Counted from the stretch's first letter, positions 9,721-19,231 are shown. The stretch: DNA of 42,829 bases from an uncultured Acidimicrobiaceae bacterium (GCA_964609665.1 CAZSTV010000004.1:23735-66563), one strand, 5' to 3'. The notes: generated by a model not told the origin, from the sequence alone. Translations and numbers: made by a program.

Positions 9721-9813
9721 CGACAGCGTGGTGCGGGTGAAAAGCCGCAGGCTGAGCTGATGCCCTAGCTTCTCGGTTTGATGTGGATTCGCCCGGTAAC
9801 GGGCGGATAAACG

Positions 9814-9819
9814 TACCCT
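9814..9819 (+). promoter_or_regulatory. -10 element of leaderless transcript
   Basis: TACCCT-N6-GTG(9826). Confidence 0.55.
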
Positions 9820-9825
9820 GGGACT

Positions 9826-10929
9826 GTGAAGAAGGGTCCAATCCGCTGGCTGGTGTCTGGTTGGCGCCTCGTCGTAGACGTGGCTCTGCGCTGGTATCAC
9901 GGCCGAGTTGGTGATCTGGCAGCCAGCGTCACGTTTTGGATTGTGATCTCCCTTCCCGCCCTTGTTCTGACCCTTTTGGCGCTTCTGGGACCGCTCGACC
10001 GCCTCGTCAGCGGCGTGGAGTTTCGGGGTCGTATCGAGACCGAGGTCGATGATTTCATCACCAGGGTCTTCACAAACGAGAGCGACGGCGTCTCGGAGTC
10101 CGTCGACGGGCTGTTCTCGCAACCGAGCAGCAGCTTGGCTGTCGTGTCGTTCTCGCTTGCGATCTGGTCTATCAGCCGAGGCTTTGCCGGGCTGATCCGG
10201 GCCCTCGAAGACATCTATGACATCGAGGATCGTCGGCCCTGGTATCACACCCGGGTTGTGGCCGTGATCCTCGGCCTCGGCAGCATCTTGATTTCGGTGC
10301 CGCTCGTGCTTTTCGAGATTTACGTGTGGGGGCGCATCAACGACGGCTTCATCGAGTCGACCCTGCGGGGCATCGTGGCCGTCGTTGTCTTGATCCTGTG
10401 GGCGTCCATCGTTTATCACTACGGTCCAGCGGAGCGTCACCGGTGGCGCTTCGACTTGCCCGGCGCCATCGTTGCGGCGTTTCTCTGGTGGCTGGTCAGC
10501 TACGGCTTCGCTCGCTACATCGACATCACCTCCAACGCCAACGAGGTCCGGGCCGCCGTCGGTGCCGGTCTCTTGGCCCTGACCTGGATCTGGATTGCCG
10601 CCCAGGTGCTGCTGATCGGTGGCGCGGTCAACTACATCATCGGCCAACGTCTCGGCGTGAGCCGCGGCCGCCGGAGCTGGACCATCAACGAGGTGGTCAC
10701 AAAGAGCACCGGTGAGATCCGCAAGATCGTCGTACCGGACCGGGTCGACGGCACCGGACCACTGCCGGTGGCCGGGCGTCAGGTCCGAGCTGACGGTGTC
10801 TCTCGGCCAACGCCGGACGGGTCCGAGGTTGCCCAGCCCAGCGGTACCGCCCAACGAGCGGCGGAACAGCCGGCAGGCAACCAGGCATCCAAGTTGGAGG
10901 CCGAGTATCAACCGGAGCGGCGCCTGTAG
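9826..10929 (+). CDS. YihY/virulence factor BrkB family membrane protein
   Basis: LAASVTFWIVISLP, WSISRG..LIRALEDIY, LPGAIVA..W, LTWIWIAAQVLLIGG; low-complexity C-tail. Confidence 0.88.
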   Translation: MKKGPIRWLVSGWRLVVDVALRWYHGRVGDLAASVTFWIVISLPALVLTLLALLGPLDRLVSGVEFRGRIETEVDDFITRVFTNESDGVSESVDGLFSQPSSSLAVVSFSLAIWSISRGFAGLIRALEDIYDIEDRRPWYHTRVVAVILGLGSILISVPLVLFEIYVWGRINDGFIESTLRGIVAVVVLILWASIVYHYGPAERHRWRFDLPGAIVAAFLWWLVSYGFARYIDITSNANEVRAAVGAGLLALTWIWIAAQVLLIGGAVNYIIGQRLGVSRGRRSWTINEVVTKSTGEIRKIVVPDRVDGTGPLPVAGRQVRADGVSRPTPDGSEVAQPSGTAQRAAEQPAGNQASKLEAEYQPERRL

Positions 10930-10990
10930 CCGCTGGAGTCGACGGTTAGGCTCCGTCGGCCACTGCTCACCTACAGAGGCTTGACCGTCT

Positions 10991-11341
10991 ATGAATGCCG
11001 ATATGAATGCTGCCCCCGACTGCCCGATCTGCACCATGCCGGATCCACTAACCGCCGATGGTGGTTTCGAATGTGGCACCTGCGGACACGAATGGGACGC
11101 AGAATGGGGCGGGGCATCCGACGATGGCATCCGCGAGGTCCACGACGTGAACGGCAACCTCCTCGCTTCCGGCGACGATGTTGTGGTCACCAAAGACCTG
11201 AAGCTCGACGGAAAGTCCGGTGGGATCAAAGTTGGCACCAAGGTCCGGTCGATCCGCCTGATCGCTGGCGACCACCCCATTCAGGGCAAGGTCGACGGTC
11301 GAACGGTCATGATCACCGCAGACAAGGTAAAGAAGGCATAG
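10991..11341 (+). CDS. PhnA/YjdM-family zinc-ribbon protein
   Basis: CPIC...CGTCGHEW; DVNGNLLASGDDVVVTKDLKL, IKVGTKVRSIRL. Confidence 0.9.
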   Translation: MNADMNAAPDCPICTMPDPLTADGGFECGTCGHEWDAEWGGASDDGIREVHDVNGNLLASGDDVVVTKDLKLDGKSGGIKVGTKVRSIRLIAGDHPIQGKVDGRTVMITADKVKKA

Positions 11342-11383
11342 ATCACGAAGCCCTAGATCACGAAGCCCTAGATCACGAGGGCC
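11339..11383 (+). repeat. 15-bp tandem triplication starting at the stop codon
   Basis: TAGATCACGAAGCCC TAGATCACGAAGCCC TAGATCACGAGGGCC. Confidence 0.92.
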
Positions 11384-11419
11384 TGCGGCAGCTCGATTTC
11401 TGGTTGTTGCGGCATGGCC

Positions 11420-11425
11420 TAGGCT
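11420..11425 (+). promoter_or_regulatory. -10 element of leaderless lldD-NYN-engB transcript
   Basis: TAGGCT-N6-ATG(11432). Confidence 0.6.
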
Positions 11426-11431
11426 GAAGCC

Positions 11432-12666
11432 ATGGGAATGGTAAAGACGTTTCGATCTGTCGTCCGTTTCAAGCCGATCGAGCTGAACCCGACCAAACGC
11501 AAGCTGGCAACTGCGGCCAACGTCGAAGACCTCCGCCGGATTGCCAAACGACGGTTGCCCGGTGGCGTGTTTCACTACATCGACGGCGGAGCGGAAGACG
11601 AGCTGTCCCTCTCCCGCAACGTCGCCGCCTACTCAGACATCGAGTTCAAGCCGAGAATTCTCCGAGACGTCTCCAAGATCGACACCACCACAACGCTGCT
11701 CGGCAAACCGATTCCGCTGCCGCTGGTGTTCGCCCCGACGGGCTTCACCCGAATTGCAGACTCTCAGGGCGAGTTGGCGGTGGCCCGGGCTGCCGCCAGA
11801 GCGGTATCCCCTACGGGCTTTCGACCATGGGCACCCGGACCATAGAAGAGGTCGCCGCGGTGAGCAGCGGCCCGAAGTGGTTCCAGGTGTACACCTGGCG
11901 TGATCGTCGGCTGGTGCGGGACCTGTTGGAACGTGCCGCCGAAGCCAACTACGAGGCCATCGAGCTGACCATCGACACGGCGGTCCTTGGCCGCCGCGAG
12001 CGTGACGTGCGGCGGGGCTACACCCTGCCGCCAAAGGTCGGGCTCGGCACGTTGATCGACGGGATGCTCCACCCCTCGTGGACGCTCGACTTCTTGCGGA
12101 ACGACCCGATTACCTTCGCGTCGGTCGCTGCCGACAATTCGGCGGGCGACGGCGGCAGCGCAGTGACCCTCAGCGAGTACATCAACTCCCAGTTCGACCC
12201 GGCGCTCAGCTGGGGCGAGGTGGAGTGGCTCCGCTCGGTCTGGGACGGACCGATCGTGCTGAAGGGCGTGCAGACCGTCGCCGATGCGCAGTTGGCCGTT
12301 GAACACGGAGCGGACGCCATCGCGCTGTCAAACCACGGCGGACGCCAGCTTGACGGCGCCCCGTCAATCATCGAGTTGGTGGAACCGGTGGCCCAGGCTG
12401 TCGGCGGCCAGATCGACATCATCGCCGATGGTGGCGTGCGGCGGGGGAGCGACATTGTCAAAGCCGTAGCGCTTGGCGCAAACGCGGTCATGGCCGGCAG
12501 GGCCTACCTGTACGCGCTCGGCGCTGCGGGCGAGGCCGGGGTGGATCACGTGATCGACTTTCTCACCGAGGGCATGGAGCGGACGATGGCCCTTTCCGGT
12601 TGCCAGGAGGTTGGTGACATCACCCGTGACCTGGTCACCTGGCGGAGCGACCGGGCTGCCCGGTGA
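11432..12666 (+). pseudogene. lldD: FMN-dependent alpha-hydroxy-acid dehydrogenase (LldD-like), split by a 1-nt deletion near 11802 (probably a sequencing error)
   Basis: ORF1 YIDGGAEDE, APTG; ORF2 WFQVY, LKG, SNHGGRQLD, DGGVRRGSD; adding one base in AGA GC^GGT ATC restores ARAGIPYGLSTMG (about 411 aa). Confidence 0.85.
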
Positions 12667-13394
12667 CATCGTCGGGAGACAAGACACGGGTCGGTGTATT
12701 CATCGACGGACAGAACATCACCATCGGCGCACGCTATGCCTTCGGCGAGGGTCGGGGCCGGGCCGGTGGCAACATGCACCCGCTCCTGCTTGGCCGTGCG
12801 CTCGCCGGCGATGATGAGCTGGTCGAGATTCGCTACGCCACCGGCATCCCCGACGCCGAGGTCGACCCGACCAGAGCCGCATCCGAGGCTCGCCGACACG
12901 AGCTGATGCGACAGACCGACGTGGTGGTGTTGGAACGAACACTGCGATACCGCTGGGAGTGGGAAATCCAGGACCGGGACCTCCCGAACCCTCGGAAGTT
13001 TCCCGAAGATGTTCGCCAAGCCCGGGTGAAGTCCCGCCACCGTGGCCAGGAGAAGGGCGTTGACGTGTGGCTGGCCCTCGATGCGCTTGTCATGTGCACC
13101 AGGGCCGACATCGACCGGGTGATCATTGCCAGCGCCGACACCGACTTGGACATGGTGCCCCATCACCTCAAGCAGATCCCCGGCCAGGCGGATACCGAGG
13201 TGGTGGCGGCCAAGGTCCTCCCAGACGGAAAGTCGCTTCGCCCGAACGACGCGTACGATGCAACCGTGGCAATTGACCGAGAGATCTACGAAGCGGCCCG
13301 GGACGACTTCGACTACACCGAGCACCTTGATCAGGGCCAGGTGGACGCGTTCATCGCCAAGATTGGTGCCAATGCCGACGGGATCCGAGATTAA
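12663..13394 (+). CDS. NYN/LabA (PIN-fold) domain protein
   Basis: [27 protein letters not shown] acidic catalytic motifs; GTGA overlap with lldD. Confidence 0.88.
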   Translation: MTSSGDKTRVGVFIDGQNITIGARYAFGEGRGRAGGNMHPLLLGRALAGDDELVEIRYATGIPDAEVDPTRAASEARRHELMRQTDVVVLERTLRYRWEWEIQDRDLPNPRKFPEDVRQARVKSRHRGQEKGVDVWLALDALVMCTRADIDRVIIASADTDLDMVPHHLKQIPGQADTEVVAAKVLPDGKSLRPNDAYDATVAIDREIYEAARDDFDYTEHLDQGQVDAFIAKIGANADGIRD

Positions 13395-13396
13395 CC

Positions 13397-14011
13397 GTGG
13401 CCGGACCCCCACCAATTCAGCTGGACTTTGTGCTCTCGGGAGATCACGTTGACCGTCTGCCTCCGAGCGCGGCTGAGGTGGCGATCGTCGGGCGTTCAAA
13501 CGTTGGAAAGTCCTCGCTGGTCAACGCGCTGAGCAACCGCAAGAAGCTGGCCCATGTCAGCAACACGCCTGGCCGAACCAGACTGTTGAACCTCTTCTCC
13601 GTCGTCGGCGGTCGGGATCGCTCGGACGGTTTGCTCGCCGCAACCATGATGGACCTGCCGGGCTACGGCTACGCGGCAGCCTCGAAGGAGCTGCGGGCAG
13701 GGTGGCAGACCTTGATCGAGGGCTAAGTGCTTGAGCGCGAAGAGTTGGTCATGGTCATCGTCCTAGTCGACGGTGCTATCGGGCCGACGAAGCTTGATGT
13801 ACAGATGCTCGACTGGCTCCGAGAGGTCGGTCTACCCCACACCGTTGTTGCCACAAAACACGACAAAGTGAAGTCGTCAAAGCGGGAACGACGCAAGCGG
13901 GATCTCGCCGAGGGATGCATGCTCGAGGTCGGTGACGTCGTTTGGGTCAGCTCTGAGAAGGGGACTGGGATCGACCGGCTGCGGACAATGATCCGGGCCT
14001 GGCTGGACTGA
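13397..14011 (+). pseudogene. engB: Ribosome biogenesis GTPase EngB/YihA/YsxC with an in-frame TAA at 13724-13726
   Basis: G1 [14 protein letters not shown]3 DLPGYG, G4 TKHDK, SS.KG.G; both ORFs in one frame, reading LIEG*VLERE where Tyr is expected; 204 codons. Confidence 0.88.
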
Positions 14012-14092
14012 CCGGCCGACCGCTCCGCGGCCGCAACAATTTCCAGTTCCTCTCGGTTTGGTGTTTGCAAGGTTCTCATCCATCATTGGCAC

Positions 14093-15319
14093 ATGTCCGA
14101 CGCAACCTCCTCAACCGTTATCCCCGCTGACGCCGAAACCAAGCTGGTCGAAGACGCCATTGCCGACCTTCTCCGGGATCACCCACCGACAGACTGTTCC
14201 CGCGTCGAATTCCGGGGCTACCAGTACGACCACGGCCTGGCCTGGGTGCAGTTCCCCGAAGGGTTCGGCGGTCTTGGTGTACGTCCGCAGCTCCAGCGAG
14301 TGGTTGACGAGAAACTGAAAGAGGCCGGGGCAAAGCCAACCGACCCGTCAACCTTCTTCCTGCAGCTGGCAGGCCCGACGATCGTCACCCATGGAAACGA
14401 CGAACAGAAACGGCGTTTCCTTCGCCCGATGTTCTCCGGTGAGGAGAAGTGGTGCCAGCTGTTCAGCGAGCCCGGTGCCGGCAGCGACTTCGCAGGCCTT
14501 GGCACCCGGGCGGTCCAGGACGGCGAAGAGTGGGTGGTCAACGGCCAGAAGGTGTGGAACACCATGGCCCACATCGCCCAGTGGGGCATGTTGGTCACCA
14601 GGTCGAACCCGGACCTTCCCAAGCACAAGGGCATGACCTACTTTGCGGTCGACATGCACAGCGAGGGCGTTGAGGTCCGCCCGCTTCGACAGATCACCGG
14701 TGAGGCCGAATTCAACGAGGTGTACCTCACCGACGCCAAGGTCCCTGACGCCAACCGCATCGGCGATATCGGTGAAGGATGGCGCGTTTCGCTGACGACG
14801 CTGATGAACGAACGCTCGGCGATCGGCGGCGGTGGTGCCCCGAAACGAGGTTCCGGTCCTATCAGCGCATTGGTCAACGTGTGGAACAAGACGCCGGAAG
14901 ACCGGCGTTCCGCTTCGGCACAGGACGAGGTAATGCAGCTCTGGGTCCGGGCGGAAGCGCTACGGCTTACCAACATGCGAGCAAGCGCAAACCGTCGAGC
15001 CGGGAATCCCGGCCCCGAAGGTTCGGTGGCCAAGCTGGCGTCGGCCGAACTGAACCAGGAGATTTTCAGCACGGCGGTAACCCTTAAGGGGGCGTCGGGA
15101 ATGGTTGACTACGACTACACTTTCCGGCGACCTGAAGATTTGTCCGCTACCGGCGAAGAGAGCGGCCTCGGCCACGCCTTCCTCCGGGTGCGCGCCAATT
15201 CCATCGAAGGTGGAACAAGTGAGATCATGCGAAACATCCTGGGCGAACAGGTACTCGGACTACCTGGAGAGCCTCGCGTTGACAAAGACGGTCCCTGGAT
15301 TGACGTCCCTCGCAGCTGA
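14093..15319 (+). CDS. Acyl-CoA dehydrogenase (FadE-like)
   Basis: WCQLFSEPGAGSD, NGQKVW, EFNEVYL, SIEGGTSEIMRNILGE. Confidence 0.95.
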   Translation: MSDATSSTVIPADAETKLVEDAIADLLRDHPPTDCSRVEFRGYQYDHGLAWVQFPEGFGGLGVRPQLQRVVDEKLKEAGAKPTDPSTFFLQLAGPTIVTHGNDEQKRRFLRPMFSGEEKWCQLFSEPGAGSDFAGLGTRAVQDGEEWVVNGQKVWNTMAHIAQWGMLVTRSNPDLPKHKGMTYFAVDMHSEGVEVRPLRQITGEAEFNEVYLTDAKVPDANRIGDIGEGWRVSLTTLMNERSAIGGGGAPKRGSGPISALVNVWNKTPEDRRSASAQDEVMQLWVRAEALRLTNMRASANRRAGNPGPEGSVAKLASAELNQEIFSTAVTLKGASGMVDYDYTFRRPEDLSATGEESGLGHAFLRVRANSIEGGTSEIMRNILGEQVLGLPGEPRVDKDGPWIDVPRS

Positions 15320-15364
15320 CGCTGACCGCCACACCGCTGGATGCGTCCTGGAGTCCACGGCGCG

Positions 15365-16108
15365 ATGAGTTACTACCTCGCCGTCTGGGAAGGACCGCCC
15401 CCGCTGTCGAACGCGCACGCCACATCGGAGTGCGACCGTTTGCTGGCACTGCGAGCGAATCACGCCCCAACCCCGGGCATCGGTGGGCTGGTCGAAGTGT
15501 TGCGGGCCGCCTACCCCGACGGTGACCAGGGCGCTGCACCATGGGCCGAGGGTCCGCCGGCCGGTCACGTCGACGGTCCCATCGCCTACCTCCCGGTCCG
15601 GCCGGAGGCGGTGGACCACGTCAGGCCGCTGCTGCAGGACACCGCCGCAGCTCGAGATCTGGTGGCCTTTGACCCGCAACTCGGCGAGCTGATTCCCTCG
15701 GCAACCACCATTGCCCGTTCGGCCGACTTTGAGCTGCCTGCACCCGAAGAGCTGCCGCTGCACCTCACCGCGGTGATGGGCGAGGCGCTCGGCGCCGGCG
15801 TCAACATTGCCGGCATTCTGGAGCAGGTCAGCACCAGTTACTACGTCCAGTGGATGGCGCAGAGCGGTTCGCTGACCATCGAGGCGCAGGGCGAACATCT
15901 GCTGCCGCCCGAGCATCGCCTACCTCCGGAGGGGCGGGACCAGATGAAGAGCCTTGGCTTTGGCGAGGGGGACCCGAACTGGCGCCTCCACTGGGAAGAC
16001 GGTTTCCAATATCTTGACCAGGCGGGCCAGATTCTGGGCCACGTCCTTATGGCGATCCGCCGTTATCCGGTCGGCACTCCCATGGCGCTTCAGACCTTCC
16101 CCGTCTGA
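15365..16108 (+). CDS. Hypothetical protein with a C-terminal TY-Chap (CesT/YbjN-like chaperone)-like domain
   Basis: Start MSYYLAVWEG; LVAFDPQ; C-half YYVQW...IEAQG...L...LGF...NW resembles TY-Chap domains (from memory). Confidence 0.6.
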   Translation: MSYYLAVWEGPPPLSNAHATSECDRLLALRANHAPTPGIGGLVEVLRAAYPDGDQGAAPWAEGPPAGHVDGPIAYLPVRPEAVDHVRPLLQDTAAARDLVAFDPQLGELIPSATTIARSADFELPAPEELPLHLTAVMGEALGAGVNIAGILEQVSTSYYVQWMAQSGSLTIEAQGEHLLPPEHRLPPEGRDQMKSLGFGEGDPNWRLHWEDGFQYLDQAGQILGHVLMAIRRYPVGTPMALQTFPV

Positions 16109-16126
16109 GGGCCCGGTCCGGACCTG

Positions 16127-16759
16127 CTAGACGATCCGGCGGTTTGCCGCCCACATCGCCAGCTCGTTGCGGCTCGACAACTGCAGCTTGCGGAGCACCG
16201 ATGATGCGTGGGTCTCAACGGTCTTGATCGAGATGGTCAGCCGACGGGCGATTTCCTTGTATGCGTAGCCGCGGGCAAGGAGGCGCATGACCTCCTGTTC
16301 CCGGGCGGTCAGCTGATCAAGTTCGGGGTCCGACGGCGAGGAAAGGTCGGCGGAGAACGCGTCCAACACGAAGCCCGCGAGGCGGGGGGAGAAGACAGCG
16401 TCGCCGTCGTTGACCCGACGCACCGCATCGATGAGCTCGTCACCTTCGATGGCCTTGGTGACATAGCCCCTGGCCCCGCTGCGGATGACCTGGATGACGT
16501 CTTCGGCCGCGTCGGACACCGACAGTGCCAGGAACTTTGAGGTGACCCCACGCTCGGCGGTGCCGGCGATGACGTCGGCGGCAGTGCCGTCTGGCAGGTG
16601 AACATCACAGACGACGACGTCCGGCTTGGCCCGAACGATCTGCTCGATGGCGTCACCGACGTCTCCCGCCTCGGCGACCACCTCGACCGCTCGTTCCAGC
16701 TCCGCCTTTACGCCGGAGCGGACGAGGGCGTGGTCATCGACCAGCACTACTCGGATCAT
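16127..16759 (-). CDS. NarL/LuxR family response regulator
   Basis: VLVDDH, DVVVCDVHLPDG, GARGYVTK; HTH LTAREQEVMRLLARGYAYKEIA. Confidence 0.96.
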   Translation of the reverse strand: MIRVVLVDDHALVRSGVKAELERAVEVVAEAGDVGDAIEQIVRAKPDVVVCDVHLPDGTAADVIAGTAERGVTSKFLALSVSDAAEDVIQVIRSGARGYVTKAIEGDELIDAVRRVNDGDAVFSPRLAGFVLDAFSADLSSPSDPELDQLTAREQEVMRLLARGYAYKEIARRLTISIKTVETHASSVLRKLQLSSRNELAMWAANRRIV

Positions 16760-18012
16760 GGTGTTTCTCCCGAAGGTTCGTTCTGTGTGTCCGCTGACGG
16801 AGCGGCTTTGGAATGGTCGTACGATGTTCTGGCCAGTGGCTGGGTCAGCTCAACCTCGGTGCCGCTGCCAGGCTCGGAGTGTATAGAAGCGCCACCACCG
16901 TGTCGCTCCATCCTGTCGATAATGGAACTGCGGATGCCCTGGCGGTCCTCATCGATGACCTGGATGTCAAACCCGACACCGGCATCACGGATGAAGACCT
17001 CAATGCTGTCGGGGCGCCGCTCGGCATAGACGTCGATCTTGTTGACCTTTGCGTGCTTTGCCGCGTTGGTGACCGCTTCCTGGGTCGCCCCGATCAACCC
17101 GTGGATAGCGCTTGGCTCAATGTCGTGGGTGTCGCCGACCGTGACCACCTCGACCTTCACGCCGTGATTCTCCTCAACCCGGGTGGCCACTTCCTGCAGC
17201 GCCGGCTCAAGCCGAGTGGTGCCAGGCTGGCTCGGCTCGTTGCCGTACAACCAGCTCCGCAACTCCCGCTCCTGCTGGCGGGCAATCTGAGCGGTCCGCT
17301 GGGGGTCATTCGCGTTGCGCTGGATCAGGGTGAGGGTTTGCAGCACCGAATCATGGAGGTGGGCCGCCACTCGGGCCCGCTCATCGGCCCGGACCCGCTC
17401 CTGACGCTCAACGTCGAAGTCCTGGCCGATTCTGATCACCGATGGTGCTACGACCAGCGCTATGCCGCCGACGACGGCAACCGCGACGACGAGCAGCTGG
17501 ATGGCGTCGGTCAGGTTCACCGACGTGACGATCACCGTCAAAAGACCGGCTGCCGCAACCACAACGCCGACGACGATGCGTACCACTGCGGAGACGCCGC
17601 CCTCTTCGTTCTGCCGTGACCAGGCGATGAGGAACCCCGTGAGCACAAAGCCGACCGGGAACACGATTTGGTCGATGAAGCCGAACCCGAGCGCCCGCAG
17701 ACCCAACACCAGGCCAAGCACGATCAGTCCGATGGCGGCGTGGCGTTGAAATGACCCTGCGGCCTTTGGCACCGGCAGGTAGGGGGCGAGACGGGGCGGG
17801 CTGAGAATGCCAAGTCCGGCCCAGGCAAGGGCGTAGAACACCAAACCCCAGCCACCGGCGAGCGCCAGAATGGCGAAACACATGCGGATAATCAGCGGCT
17901 GCACGCCCAATTCGGCTGCGATGGCAGCGGCGACGCCGCCGATCCAGCGGTCCTCAGCGTCCAGAGGAGGCACCTGCCACCGCCTGGTTTCTGAGGAGAG
18001 GGTCATGTTCAT
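16756..18012 (-). CDS. PspC-domain sensor histidine kinase
   Basis: N-terminal PspC (WIGGVAAAIA..LGV..LIIR), several TMs, H-box AAHLHDSVLQTL, EAVTNAAKHA, DAGVGF; ATGA-coupled to the regulator. Confidence 0.93.
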   Translation of the reverse strand: MNMTLSSETRRWQVPPLDAEDRWIGGVAAAIAAELGVQPLIIRMCFAILALAGGWGLVFYALAWAGLGILSPPRLAPYLPVPKAAGSFQRHAAIGLIVLGLVLGLRALGFGFIDQIVFPVGFVLTGFLIAWSRQNEEGGVSAVVRIVVGVVVAAAGLLTVIVTSVNLTDAIQLLVVAVAVVGGIALVVAPSVIRIGQDFDVERQERVRADERARVAAHLHDSVLQTLTLIQRNANDPQRTAQIARQQERELRSWLYGNEPSQPGTTRLEPALQEVATRVEENHGVKVEVVTVGDTHDIEPSAIHGLIGATQEAVTNAAKHAKVNKIDVYAERRPDSIEVFIRDAGVGFDIQVIDEDRQGIRSSIIDRMERHGGGASIHSEPGSGTEVELTQPLARTSYDHSKAAPSADTQNEPSGETP

Positions 18013-18057
18013 CGCTCCATGATCGCAGGCCGGCGGCCATTCTGCATCCGGGGATAC

Positions 18058-18106
18058 CCCTGAGCCGACCCTGATGGTTGGACTCTGGGGTAGGGTCGGC
18101 TCGGGG
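18058..18106. promoter_or_regulatory. 15-bp inverted repeat (1 mismatch, 19-nt spacer) between divergent PspC genes; probable response-regulator operator
   Basis: CCCTGAGCCGACCCT (18058-18072) ... AGGGTCGGCTCGGGG (18092-18106). Confidence 0.6.
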
Positions 18107-18151
18107 AAAGGCCCGATTCCCAGCCCGCTATATAGAGCGAATCATGTAGGT

Positions 18152-19231
18152 ATGAGCAACAACCCTCCCGACTACCCGTCTGCCGGCCCCGAGCAGCCGT
18201 CAGAGCCGACGGACCCTTTCGCGACGCCACCTCCTCTTTCCGATGACCTCGGGGGAGCGGGAGAGCCGGGTCCGCCGTTGCCGCCTCCGCCGGTTGCTCG
18301 CCAGCTGGTGCGAGACCCGTTCACCAAGCTCGGCGGTGTGGCATCGGGTCTGTCCCACCACTACGGCATCGACGTGTCGCTCATACGTCTTGCGTTCGTC
18401 TTCTTCACCTTTGTCACCGGTTTCGGCATCGTGTTCTATGCGCTGGCGTGGATCATCATCCCCCGGGCTCGTTTCTGGCCTCCGGTCGGTGACCGTCGGC
18501 CGTCGAAACAGCTCTCGACCCGTGAGATCGGCATTGGACTACTCCTTCTGGGCGCGCTCATCGCCCTGTTCGTAAACGGCGGCACCTTCTCCCAGATCTT
18601 GGCGCCACTGCTCCTGATCGGCGGAGGGTTGTGGCTTCTCGCTCAGACCCCGACCCCGGTCACGTCCGATGTACCTCCGCCCCCGACGGCGCCGCTCCCA
18701 CCTGTTGATCCTGTCGGCCCAACGTCCGGGGCGATCCCCACCGGTTCACCGGTGCCGCCCCGGTCCGGTCGTCGTAAGGCGGCGGTGCTTGGCTTCATCG
18801 GTTTGCTGCTGTTCTTTCCCGTTCTGGTAATCGGTGCCCTCATCACGGCGGCGGTCTTTGGCAATCTCGACTTCGAAGCCGACCCGGGAGCCAGCTACAC
18901 CTACGAGCCGGCAACCGTTGAACTGCTACCGGAATCGATCGAACGCGATGAGGGAAAGATCCTGTTGGATCTGACCCAACTCGACGGCGCAACGTTTGAT
19001 GAGCCCACCGAGGTTGACGTCAACCTCGGCTTCGGCGAGATCGAAGTGGTGATCCCCGAGGGCATGGCGGTCGAGGTTGATGCCGATGCCGGCCTCGGTT
19101 CGGTCACGGTTTTTGATCGAAACGATGACGGGGTCCGGCCCAGTATCACCAACGTGACGGCCGAGGCCGATGTCATCCTGGACCTCCACGTTGACGTTGG
19201 CGAGGTTCGGGTGGAATTGGCCGACCAGTAG
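18152..19231 (+). CDS. PspC-domain membrane protein with LiaF/DUF2154-like C-terminal beta domain
   Basis: LGGVASGLSHHYGIDVSLIRLAFV; Pro-rich linkers; LDLT...GFGEIEVVIPEG..V.V; start moved to ATG 18152. Confidence 0.85.
   Translation: MSNNPPDYPSAGPEQPSEPTDPFATPPPLSDDLGGAGEPGPPLPPPPVARQLVRDPFTKLGGVASGLSHHYGIDVSLIRLAFVFFTFVTGFGIVFYALAWIIIPRARFWPPVGDRRPSKQLSTREIGIGLLLLGALIALFVNGGTFSQILAPLLLIGGGLWLLAQTPTPVTSDVPPPPTAPLPPVDPVGPTSGAIPTGSPVPPRSGRRKAAVLGFIGLLLFFPVLVIGALITAAVFGNLDFEADPGASYTYEPATVELLPESIERDEGKILLDLTQLDGATFDEPTEVDVNLGFGEIEVVIPEGMAVEVDADAGLGSVTVFDRNDDGVRPSITNVTAEADVILDLHVDVGEVRVELADQ

Noticed and set aside
9709-11280. 523-aa antisense ORF, and similar shadows such as 5985-7079, 29680-30828 and 32242-33531
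   Set aside because: They lie opposite well-supported genes and have no recognisable motifs; long shadow ORFs are expected at high GC
11339-11383. Short repeats (also 21140-21175 and 28343-28450) as a CRISPR array
   Set aside because: Units are directly adjacent with no unique spacers, mostly too short, and no cas genes are present
11432-12666. Mycofactocin-system MftD
   Set aside because: No mft genes nearby, and the N-terminus (FHYIDGGAEDE) fits LldD-type enzymes
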